In this document: positions 21,459 through 30,607 of the stretch, in pieces
Layout: each line of letters starts with the position of its first letter
Position numbering within the stretch: position 1 is the stretch's first letter
Assembly (NCBI GenBank): GCA_965233535.1
Contig: OZ247489.1
Coordinates: forward strand, 254,566-318,565
Length of the DNA stretch: 64,000 bases
Direction of reading: 5' to 3'
Source: Rickettsiales bacterium
Lineage (GTDB): Bacteria; Pseudomonadota; Alphaproteobacteria; CAJXXZ01; 1604HC
The notes under the pieces: generated by a model
Databases searched by the model: none
Told to the model about the DNA's origin: nothing
Seen by the model: the letters and a program-made list of their open reading frames with translations, nothing else
Made by a program: the position numbers and the translations under genes

Positions 21459-21773
21459 AAAAGTAAAATACAATTTTTATGTGATTTAAACAATCTATTG
21501 TGAAAAACACACTGTATTCTGTTAATTGAAAATTAATATATGAAACATATTTCGTAGTGATGTTTTTTGTTGAATTTATAAGGCGATGATTTTTTTGAAG
21601 TCATGTTTGAGTAATGTTGAAGTGTAGATTAGTCATGCTTGGTCGAAGATGCAAAAGTGCTTCAAAAGTTATTGTCATAAAAAGCGTAATCAGATTGATT
21701 TTCTGTTTTTTTTAAAATAGAATTAAAGTATTCGCTATTAGCGTGAAATACAATATAGAGAGGTATTATTAAT

Positions 21774-22721
21774 ATGTACAAAAAAATATTAGTAGCTGCA
21801 AGTGCTTTGCTTTTAAATAACATTCAATCATCAAGTTTGAAGTTTGCTGTTGCTGCTGGTCCAGTGGCTAGATTTGGAAATTATAAAATCAAAGGTTTTG
21901 ATACAAAACATGATGGAGATTTTCAATTAGCTGGAAAAACAATTGGAAGTTCAAAAGATAAAGAGCAAGATTTTACGCTAAAAAGTAAAACAGGTTACTT
22001 TGCAGGTAGATTCTCTGCTCACGTTGGTGCATTAAGTGTTGCTGGTGCAGATGTTTTTGCTAGAGTATTTGCTGATTTTGGAAATCACAAATCTTATCTT
22101 AATGATAAACATACATTAATAAAAGGTAGTGGCGGTAGTGGTAATTCAACTGGTAATGCTGGTGGAGGTGTAACTCCTGTAATTGACAATAGTGGCAACA
22201 ATGGCGGTGGAAATGGTGGCAACAATGATGATGCAATTAAAGCTGCTGCTATGGTTAGTGGAAAAGAAGGGGAAAAACCTACTAATGTTGGTTCTGACAC
22301 ACATAAAGCTTCATCAATTCTAGAGCGTCAAAACATATGGCGCGTGGGTTTTGGTCCAGAAGCTACTTTCTGTGTTTCAGATTCTATGAACTTGTCAGTA
22401 TCTGCTGGTCCTTTGTTTGCAAACTTAAAGCAAACTTTGACAACTGAGGCTTCATCATACAGCAAAAGCTGTGTTCAATACGGTGGTTTTGTTTCTGTAA
22501 TCGGACGTATGTTCTTTGGTGAAGAAAATAACTTCTTTGCATATGGAGAAGCAATGGGAACTTTTCTTGCTTCAAAAGATCTAAAATCTGAGAAAGTCAC
22601 TTTGTCAGGAGCTATATCAGGAGGTAGTGCTCACTCAGAAACTACAGACATTACATTTAAACATGCTAAATCATTCGGCGGTAATGTATCTGTTGGTGTA
22701 GGTTACTATCACCACGCTTAA
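21774..22721 (+). CDS. Probable outer-membrane beta-barrel surface protein with a Gly/Asn-rich loop
   Basis: Signal peptide, alternating beta-strand pattern, C-terminal VSVGVGYY, SD GAGG. Confidence 0.65.
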   Translation: MYKKILVAASALLLNNIQSSSLKFAVAAGPVARFGNYKIKGFDTKHDGDFQLAGKTIGSSKDKEQDFTLKSKTGYFAGRFSAHVGALSVAGADVFARVFADFGNHKSYLNDKHTLIKGSGGSGNSTGNAGGGVTPVIDNSGNNGGGNGGNNDDAIKAAAMVSGKEGEKPTNVGSDTHKASSILERQNIWRVGFGPEATFCVSDSMNLSVSAGPLFANLKQTLTTEASSYSKSCVQYGGFVSVIGRMFFGEENNFFAYGEAMGTFLASKDLKSEKVTLSGAISGGSAHSETTDITFKHAKSFGGNVSVGVGYYHHA

Positions 22722-23056
22722 TTTCATTTACTGAAATTTTCACAAATTTATATTGATTACTAATATTTTCAATATCCCCTTTCTTTTAAGTTTTCCTCTT
22801 AGTGGGTCAATTTATTATTTTATTAAACTAAGTAATTATTTAATTTTAAAACTCGTTTTATATTTTATTTACATTAAATCAAATACTATATAAATTAGTT
22901 TGATAGAATGTATAAATATATGTTTTTACACTGTTCGATATGTATTAGATTATATATTGTAAAGTAATAAGCAAAACTATTAAAGCTTAATCACTGTTAA
23001 TAAAAAGCATTTGTTTTTATAGGGAAGTTATGTTTCTTAAAAGTATTTAGTTGGAT

Positions 23057-23695
23057 TTAAAATTGATCAGAAGTGTGATCTTTTGACAAAGGTTTAATGC
23101 TTTTAAAATAATTAACAACTTCTTGGATTCCTTTTTTACTTTTAGAGGATACTTGAAAAACACTCTTAATTTCTTTAGCATCTCTTTTATCTATTTTAGT
23201 AGCTATAACCTTAAATAATATATTTTGCTTAATGACATAATTAATGACTTCTTTATCAATATCCATAATGCCTCTTCTAGCATCAATTAAAATATACAAT
23301 TCATCTACTCTGTTTTTTTCAAAATACAAGCTAACCATTGTTGAAATTAAACCTTGTTGTTTTTTACTTAAATTTGCATACCCGTATCCAGGCAAGTCAA
23401 TCAAAGTTAAATTATGAAAAGGGTACCATCCAATCCATTTTGTACAGCCAGGGCTTTTTGAAACTCTAGATGTTTTATTGCCGAAAATTGCGTTTAAAAG
23501 TGAAGATTTACCAACATTAGATCGCCCTATAAATGCAATTTCATACTTTGTTTTAGTTGGCAATTGATCAACAAAATATGTTTTAAAAGTATCATTTTTC
23601 ATCTCCTTTTTAAAAGGTGTTGTTTTTACTTCAGTGTCCATATTATCTTCAGTGTTATATCTATTATTTGAAGTTGTGTTTGTTTTTATGTTCAT
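23057..23695 (-). CDS. engB: Ribosome biogenesis GTPase EngB/YsxC
   Basis: GRSNVGKSS, DLPGYGY, TKID. Confidence 0.93.
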   Translation of the reverse strand: MNIKTNTTSNNRYNTEDNMDTEVKTTPFKKEMKNDTFKTYFVDQLPTKTKYEIAFIGRSNVGKSSLLNAIFGNKTSRVSKSPGCTKWIGWYPFHNLTLIDLPGYGYANLSKKQQGLISTMVSLYFEKNRVDELYILIDARRGIMDIDKEVINYVIKQNILFKVIATKIDKRDAKEIKSVFQVSSKSKKGIQEVVNYFKSIKPLSKDHTSDQF

Positions 23696-26043
23696 ATTGT
23701 CTTTCGTATTATATCTATAATTTGCTTAAAGTCGAACTCATTAATACTGCCTTGTGCAATATTATTTCTACCACCACCTTGAGCTCCAAGTTTGGATAGT
23801 ATGTTTTGGGCTGTTCCAACTTGAGGAATCAAGTTATCTTTGACTCTTAAAAAAACAGAATTCTTTTTAGCTATATTAACCAAAATAACTATATCGTGCT
23901 CTTGAATATAAGTATCACTTTTGCTTAATAAATACTTTGTGTCTGCATTGTTATACTCTTGAAGTAAAATGTTATAAGAAGATTGCTTGATATTCTCACT
24001 TGCAATACAAATTGGTTTCTTTGCACTTTTTTGAATTTTTTTAGTTTCTACGCTTTTGTTAGTATGATTTTTAGCAGCTAAACCACAAATAGCTTCAATT
24101 CTTTTTACACCGGCAGCAACACTTTTATGACTCTTAATAAAAAACTGTCCAATTTCTGAAGTGTTTTTCACATGTGTTCCACAGCATAATTCTGTTGAAA
24201 TATCACCAATCTGAAGTACTCTGACTTTTTGAGGATAATTTTTTTCTGTGAGTAATGCTCCAGTTTTTAAAGCATCTTCATAACTCATAAGTGTAGTTGT
24301 AACTGCTAATTTGCTTTGAATTGCTTTATTAACCTGAGACTCGATTTCATCAAGTGTTTTTTTATCTATTAAATTTTGCATTGAAAAATCAAATCGCAAA
24401 GAATCTTCTTTTACACTTGACCCTTTTTGCAACACAGAATCTCCGAATTTTTGACGTAATATTGCAAGTAAAATATGAGTTGCGCTATGATGTTGTTTTA
24501 ATCCTTTACGCTTTTCAGAGTTGATAGTTGCACTTCCTTTTCCAATTGAAATAAATCCTTTAATACATTTTCCTATATGCCATATTTCATTGTTTTCTTT
24601 TTGAATATCCTCTACTTCAAAGGTGCCATTTTCAGTGGTAATGAACCCTGTATCATTTTTTTGCCCACCAGCTTCAACATAAAATGGAGTCTTATCTAAC
24701 AACATAAACCCAGATTCTTGTTCTTTAATGATGCTGTTTTGACATTCAAGAATTTCACATTCTGCAGACTCATATTCATATCCAACAAATTCTGTATTTC
24801 TATTAGAAGATTGAATATGATGTTTTTTCAACTTTGAAATATTTTTTTGCTTTAACATGCATTGTGTGAATTTATCAAAATCATATTTTATTTTATGCTC
24901 ACGTAGAATTTCAAATGCAATATCATATGGGAACCCATGAGTGTCATATAATTCAAAAATTTTGGTTTCAGTAATTATGTTTTTGGCAATCATATGATTT
25001 AATCTTTCGAGTCCATTGTGATATACAGTCAGAAACTGCTGTTTCTCTTCAGAAAATATGTTCAAGATTTTTTCTTTGTTTTCAGATAGAGTAGGGTAGC
25101 TCTCTGACATATTAGTTATTATGTAATCAATGCATAATTCCACAGAATTGTTGTTTACAGACCTTCTGACTGCTCTTCGGATTATTTTTCTCAATATATA
25201 TCCAACTCCGTCTGCACTAGGTGTGACGCCATCATCTATCATAAAAGTTATTGCTCTACTATGATCAGCTATAACTCGATTGTTAATATTGCTTGTATCA
25301 TTTTTACTGATTATATTGATCATGTTTTTGAAAAATGGAGCTTCATAATTATCATTTGTACCACTTATCAAAGCTTCTAGTCTTTCAAGTCCCATTCCAG
25401 CATCTACACATGGTTTAGCAAGTGGTCTTTTGATTCCATTCTCTACGGTATCTGTCATGAATACTATATTCCATATTTCTACAAACCTATCTCCAGTATG
25501 GAAGTCACCCTCTATATGCTTTCCATGGTCATAGAAAATTTCTGTACATACTCCACAAGGACCTTCTTCGCCAGAGCTCCATATGTTTTCAGTTTCATTA
25601 ATTATGTTTTCTTCCAAAATACCTATTGAGAGCCATATTTTCTTAGATTCTTGATCAGAAGGGTGGATAGTAATGTATAGCTTGTCTTTTGGGATATTTA
25701 GGCCATTAGTAAGGAAATCCCAAGCCATGTTAATCGCTTCTTCTTTGAAATAATCTCCAAAAGAAAAGTTTCCTAACATTTCAAAAAAAGTATGATGTCG
25801 CTTTGTATATCCCACTTCATCTAAATCATTATGTTTTCCACCCGCTCTAATGCATTTTTGCGCATTAGCTATTCTGCTGTGAGGAGGTTCCATAGTCCCT
25901 AAAAACATTCTTTTCATAGGTGCCATTCCTGCATTAATTAAAAGAAGAGATGGATCATTTTGTGGAATCAATGAATAAGATGGAATTATTAAATGATTAT
26001 GTGATTTGAAATGATTTAAAAATTGTTTTTTTACGAAGCTCAT
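23692..26043 (-). CDS. alaS: Alanine--tRNA ligase
   Basis: NAGM, RHHTFFEMLGNFSFGDYFK, GMGLER; editing residues HHSATH and ELCCGTH. Confidence 0.97.
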   Translation of the reverse strand: MSFVKKQFLNHFKSHNHLIIPSYSLIPQNDPSLLLINAGMAPMKRMFLGTMEPPHSRIANAQKCIRAGGKHNDLDEVGYTKRHHTFFEMLGNFSFGDYFKEEAINMAWDFLTNGLNIPKDKLYITIHPSDQESKKIWLSIGILEENIINETENIWSSGEEGPCGVCTEIFYDHGKHIEGDFHTGDRFVEIWNIVFMTDTVENGIKRPLAKPCVDAGMGLERLEALISGTNDNYEAPFFKNMINIISKNDTSNINNRVIADHSRAITFMIDDGVTPSADGVGYILRKIIRRAVRRSVNNNSVELCIDYIITNMSESYPTLSENKEKILNIFSEEKQQFLTVYHNGLERLNHMIAKNIITETKIFELYDTHGFPYDIAFEILREHKIKYDFDKFTQCMLKQKNISKLKKHHIQSSNRNTEFVGYEYESAECEILECQNSIIKEQESGFMLLDKTPFYVEAGGQKNDTGFITTENGTFEVEDIQKENNEIWHIGKCIKGFISIGKGSATINSEKRKGLKQHHSATHILLAILRQKFGDSVLQKGSSVKEDSLRFDFSMQNLIDKKTLDEIESQVNKAIQSKLAVTTTLMSYEDALKTGALLTEKNYPQKVRVLQIGDISTELCCGTHVKNTSEIGQFFIKSHKSVAAGVKRIEAICGLAAKNHTNKSVETKKIQKSAKKPICIASENIKQSSYNILLQEYNNADTKYLLSKSDTYIQEHDIVILVNIAKKNSVFLRVKDNLIPQVGTAQNILSKLGAQGGGRNNIAQGSINEFDFKQIIDIIRKTI

Positions 26044-26102
26044 TGAGCTTATTTTATACAAAAATCAAGTAAAAATATATAATGTCTAATTTATTAACTA
26101 TG

Positions 26103-26720
26103 TTATTGAGATGAAATGACTTTGGCAACCATCAATACACCGTCAATCATGAATTGAGATCCAAGTGCTAATAAGATAGTTCCGAAGAAGATACTAAGCA
26201 TTCTAATATATGTGCTATTTAACTTACTTCCAAATCTGTTTCCTATGTTTAACATTATGTAAGTAGCATATATTCCTAATCCAATTCCAATAACTGTGTA
26301 TAGCAATTGGCAAGGGCTTTTCAAACTTTTAAACATGAATAATACAGTAGTAAACACTCCTGGTCCTGCTATAATTGGAACTCCGATTGGAAAGAAATGT
26401 AAATCAGCTTTCTCTGATTTAGTGTTGTCTATAGAGTGTCCTACAATCATTTCATATGCAGATGGGCAAACTAATAATGCTCCAGTAATTTTCATTGCAG
26501 CCATCGTTACATTCAAACCGCTTAATATAAATTGCCCAACCACTGCAAAAACAACTATTGCAGCAGTAGCCACAAATATGGATTTTTTAATTGTGATTTT
26601 CCTTTGTTTGTATGTCATATGTGGGGTAAAGGAAATTACAATCCACATGTTCATTAATGAATTCAACATAAAAAATATGGAAATAAATGAATCTAAAATA
26701 ATTTTAAAATTACATATCAT
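26103..26720 (-). CDS. MarC-family membrane protein
   Basis: Six TM segments; FFPIGVPIIAGPG motif. Confidence 0.85.
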   Translation of the reverse strand: MICNFKIILDSFISIFFMLNSLMNMWIVISFTPHMTYKQRKITIKKSIFVATAAIVVFAVVGQFILSGLNVTMAAMKITGALLVCPSAYEMIVGHSIDNTKSEKADLHFFPIGVPIIAGPGVFTTVLFMFKSLKSPCQLLYTVIGIGLGIYATYIMLNIGNRFGSKLNSTYIRMLSIFFGTILLALGSQFMIDGVLMVAKVISSQ

Positions 26721-26788
26721 AATGGTCCATGCTACCAGGTTGATGAGAGAAGGTCAAATTAACAAGGTATTTTGAATGCTCAAATTGT

Positions 26789-27616
26789 TTATAATTTGCT
26801 TATTTTTGTTCTGTAATTTTCTTCTGAATATTCAGAATCTTTAATGTTTTTATCTACAACTTTTCTTCTAAATGGATCTTCTTTATTCAGTTTGTTTTGA
26901 ACATCATCATGATTTTCTTCAGACTTATTTCTCAAAACTAACTTGTATCCTCTTCCCCATACAGTTTCTATTTCAGGAATGTTTTCTTCATCACCTTGTA
27001 ATGCAGCTTTGATTTTAGATCTTAATTTGCATATGAAAACATCAACAATTTTTTTAGTTGGTTCATCACAATCTGAATCATATAAATGATCTAGGAATGC
27101 ATCTTTGTTTAGAACTGCACCCTTTCTTCTAGCTAACAATTCAAGCATGTTATATTCTTTTTTGGTTAAGCTCAAATAATTATTATCTACAGATGCGGTT
27201 TTTTGTTGTAGATTAATTGACAATCTGCCAATTTTCAAAACAGACGATGAATATCCATTAGATCTCCTGATTACTGCATTTACTCTTGCTAATAATTCTT
27301 GTTTATCAAATGGTTTTGCAATGTAGTCATCAGCTCCAGTACTTAGTGCTTTGATTTTGTAGTTAGGGTCAGACATGCAAGATAATATTAATACAGGAGT
27401 TTTGATATCACATGCACGCAATCTACTTAATAGCTCAGCTCCAGAAAAATCTGGCAATATCATATCAAGAATAATTGCATCATATTCACATAATCTTGCA
27501 GCTTCAAATCCATCATTACCATTGATTTCATGTTCACAGATAATTCCTTGTGATTTCAACATTGTGCTAATAACTGCTGCTACAGCCTTATCATCCTCTA
27601 TAAGCAGAATTTTCAT
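26789..27616 (-). CDS. ctrA: Cell-cycle response regulator CtrA
   Basis: MKILLIEDD..MLKS.G, LDMILPD, GADDY, LTKKEY.MLELL, KIVDVFICKLR, IETVWGRGY; SD AGGAG. Confidence 0.9.
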   Translation of the reverse strand: MKILLIEDDKAVAAVISTMLKSQGIICEHEINGNDGFEAARLCEYDAIILDMILPDFSGAELLSRLRACDIKTPVLILSCMSDPNYKIKALSTGADDYIAKPFDKQELLARVNAVIRRSNGYSSSVLKIGRLSINLQQKTASVDNNYLSLTKKEYNMLELLARRKGAVLNKDAFLDHLYDSDCDEPTKKIVDVFICKLRSKIKAALQGDEENIPEIETVWGRGYKLVLRNKSEENHDDVQNKLNKEDPFRRKVVDKNIKDSEYSEENYRTKISKL

Positions 27617-27769
27617 AGAATTGTTCTCCTGTCATTCATTAATATAGAATATCTTTAGATAAAAAAGTAAAGAATCTATCAATAATCTCTAAATATTTTG
27701 AATTATATTATTTTTTTTCAAAATAGTCAGCCTTGTGTTTTTATATTTTATGTGGGTCAATCTAATTAA

Positions 27770-27841
27770 GCCGTTGTAGCTCAGTGGTAGAGCGTTCCCT
27801 TGGTAAGGGAGAGGTCGAGAGTCCGATTCTCTTCAACGGCA
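27770..27841 (+). tRNA. tRNA-Thr(GGT)
   Basis: GCCGTTG/CAACGGC acceptor stem, GGT anticodon, T-loop variant GTCCGAT. Confidence 0.93.
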
Positions 27842-28269
27842 TTAGATTTTTCTATTATACTTTCTACTTAATATAATGAATAGTATTGATTTAACAAACA
27901 TGAATTCCACATTCTGTTATTGATTATTAATTGATTGCTTAATATGCTCTGAAAATTACTTTCAAAGTGTAGGTGAGTTTGTTTTGTTTCTATGATTTTC
28001 CACAAAAATTTAAATAATAATAAAAATATTATTCTGGCTGTTTTTTTACTTTGAATTCAAAAATATTATTCAAATTATAAAATTTATTAAGCTTTTTTGC
28101 TTGTATAATTAAAAATTATTAATATAAATGTAGATTTTTCTGAGCTTGTTAATTGAATTGATAGCTTTATGTTGACTTGAAAGTTAGACCCAACATGTAG
28201 TAAAATTTAACTCTAAATATTGAGTGGCACGTGAGGGTTTTGTTTTTTTATAAATATGCATATGTTGCT

Positions 28270-29166
28270 TTATACACGAATGCATATGCTGTTTCCCCTA
28301 AATCCAGCTCCAAATGCACTTAATAGAACCGTGTCTCCAGGTTTTAGCTTGTTATAAGAAGCGTGCAGGGCGATCGGAATAGAGGCTGCTGATGTATTTC
28401 CATATTGTGTTCCATTATAAAATAAAATTTCATTGCTTAAGTTTGTGTTTTTCAAAACTTTCTCTATGATTCTTATATTAGCTTGATGAGGAACAAACCA
28501 ATCTACATTTCCAACATGCTTTATTACATTGTTGATGTCTTCTGTGAAGCTTGTTACCGCTTGTTTAAAGACCTCTGATCCAATCATATTAATACTGTTG
28601 TTATTTGTATTCAAGCACTCACTCTTTCCAATGCTTTTTGATGAGCTAAATAGCTTTTCTCCATATTGATTAGTAAGCAACATCGCTCCAGCTCCATCTC
28701 CAAATAAAACTGCTGTAGATCGATCTTCCCAATTAATTAATTTGCTCATTGTTTCTGATCCAATGACTAATGCTTCAGTTGGCTCGTCAAAATCTTTTAA
28801 ATACTGAAGTGCTATGTCTGTTGCCTGCACAAACCCATTACATGCATCATGAATGTCAAAACACATTACATTAGATGGTAATCCTAATTTTTCATGTACA
28901 TATGATGCGCATGATGGAAATGCAATGTCAGGAGTAGAGGTTGCAACTATAATAATTCGTAGATTTGTGAATTTCATATTTTTAACAGCGTCATACGCCA
29001 TAGAATAAGTTGTTTCACCTTCAGCAATGTGGCGCTTTTCTATACCTGTTCTTGTGTGAATCCATTCATGAGTAGTGTCAAGTTTTTTTTCTAAATCATG
29101 ATTATGTACAGACTTAGCTGGAATTTTAATTCCTGTATCGCATATCATCATATTTTTCATATTCAT
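28270..29166 (-). CDS. fabH: 3-oxoacyl-ACP synthase III
   Basis: WIHTRTGI, ACNGF, LFGDGAGA, PHQANIR, GNTSAASIP. Confidence 0.96.
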   Translation of the reverse strand: MNMKNMMICDTGIKIPAKSVHNHDLEKKLDTTHEWIHTRTGIEKRHIAEGETTYSMAYDAVKNMKFTNLRIIIVATSTPDIAFPSCASYVHEKLGLPSNVMCFDIHDACNGFVQATDIALQYLKDFDEPTEALVIGSETMSKLINWEDRSTAVLFGDGAGAMLLTNQYGEKLFSSSKSIGKSECLNTNNNSINMIGSEVFKQAVTSFTEDINNVIKHVGNVDWFVPHQANIRIIEKVLKNTNLSNEILFYNGTQYGNTSAASIPIALHASYNKLKPGDTVLLSAFGAGFRGNSICIRV

Positions 29167-29169
29167 TTA

Positions 29170-29390
29170 TTATAATTCATTTGTGAAAAAGTCAGTAGAC
29201 TTAAGTTTGGTTTTTAGATAATGACGATTTTTAACTGAATTGTATGCGGTGCACAGAATACAACATGGTATTTTGATACATCTGCTGGTTAAATTCATTC
29301 ATGAGTAGTATCAAGTTTTTTTAATCGCTTATATGTAAATTTAAATTAAATCTTATTGTTGAATCACATATGACCATTTTTGAAGTGGTT
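29170..29390 (-). pseudogene. Decayed duplicate fragments: plsX 3' end (29170-29209) and fabH 5' end (~29275-29382)
   Basis: Direct nucleotide similarity to 29393-29432 and to 29040-29160. Confidence 0.7.
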
Positions 29391-29392
29391 TT

Positions 29393-30364
29393 TTATGATT
29401 CGTTTGTAGAAAAATCAGTTGATTCAAGCTTGCTTCTTAAATCATTGTATTTTAAAGAAAACTTATATGTTGTTGTTAGCGCATTGATTAAAGAATACAT
29501 ATTAGATGATCCATGTGCTTTTATAGACAATCCTTTTGTTCCTAATAAAACAGCTCCATTATATCTATCTGCATTATATGAAAACAGTGCAATAATTTTT
29601 CTTAATAACCAATTTTTTGTCAATTTTTTCATGATAAATCTTGATGTTCCTTCGCATGCTTTTGCAATGCAATTTCCACTAAATCCATCTGTAACAATTA
29701 CATCTGCTTTGCATGTGAAAATTTGATCCGCATCAATAAAACCTTTAAAATTTGTTTTCTCATTTTGCTTGAACAATTTTGCTGCATCTTTAAGTGTAGT
29801 TGTTCCTTTTGTTTCCTCATGTCCAACATTCACTAAGCTTATTCCTGCATCTTCTATTCCTAGCATGCAAGTTGCAAATTCTTTCCCTAACAATCCAAAT
29901 TGATATAAGTCTTCAGAAGAGCATTCTAAATTTGCACCAATATCAGTCAAAACATTATATCCACTATTTGATGGAACTAGAACAGCAAGAGGCAACCTGC
30001 TTAAACCAGGAAATGACCCAAGAATCTTTTTTGACAATAAAAAGTATGGGGCAGTATGACCAACAGTAAACACTGCATCACTTTCTCCACTAGCTGCAGA
30101 TTCCAAAGCCAAAGCCATGCTTGAAGCTTTATAGTTCTTTAAAGTAGCTAAAATAGATTTCTCTGCTTTAATATGATGATCGCATTTTCTAACTTCAACT
30201 CTATCCGCAAACTTAGTGAAAAGTGTATTCTCTAAGTTTACATCTTTTTGTACAAAAAATATTAAATGTAAATCTGGGAATCTGCATAAAACTTTACATG
30301 CTGCATCAAACAACACTTCAGGTCCATGATCTCCACCCATGCAATCAATTGCAAATTTCTTCAT
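29393..30364 (-). CDS. plsX: Phosphate acyltransferase PlsX
   Basis: AIDCMGGDHGP, DIGAN, NVGHEETKG, DVIVTDGFSGN, KAHGSS. Confidence 0.95.
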   Translation of the reverse strand: MKKFAIDCMGGDHGPEVLFDAACKVLCRFPDLHLIFFVQKDVNLENTLFTKFADRVEVRKCDHHIKAEKSILATLKNYKASSMALALESAASGESDAVFTVGHTAPYFLLSKKILGSFPGLSRLPLAVLVPSNSGYNVLTDIGANLECSSEDLYQFGLLGKEFATCMLGIEDAGISLVNVGHEETKGTTTLKDAAKLFKQNEKTNFKGFIDADQIFTCKADVIVTDGFSGNCIAKACEGTSRFIMKKLTKNWLLRKIIALFSYNADRYNGAVLLGTKGLSIKAHGSSNMYSLINALTTTYKFSLKYNDLRSKLESTDFSTNES

Positions 30365-30365
30365 A

Positions 30366-30548
30366 TTAGTCTTTTGATTTGATTTCTAGAACTTGTCTAC
30401 CTCTGTACATTCCACAATACTTACATACGTGGTGTGGAAGTCTGTATTTTCCACATGTACATAAAGACAAGCTAGGAACTTTAGTCCTACTGTTTGAATG
30501 TCTTAATCTTCTCTTATTTATCGATACTCGTTTTTTAGGAACTGCCAT
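30366..30548 (-). CDS. rpmF: 50S ribosomal protein L32
   Basis: MAVPKKR, PHHVC..CG.YRG; SD GGAGG. Confidence 0.96.
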   Translation of the reverse strand: MAVPKKRVSINKRRLRHSNSRTKVPSLSLCTCGKYRLPHHVCKYCGMYRGRQVLEIKSKD

Positions 30549-30607
30549 GTTACCCTCCAGTTCATTATAATTTTACCTAGTAAATATACTATTTTATTAA
30601 TGATTTT

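Noticed and set aside
26789-26800. C-terminal SKL (peroxisomal signal) on CtrA
   Set aside because: CtrA is a cytoplasmic transcription factor, so a three-residue match is coincidental.
27996-28004. DnaA-box-like TTTTCCACA (possible oriC)
   Set aside because: It is a single box with no cluster, which is insufficient evidence.
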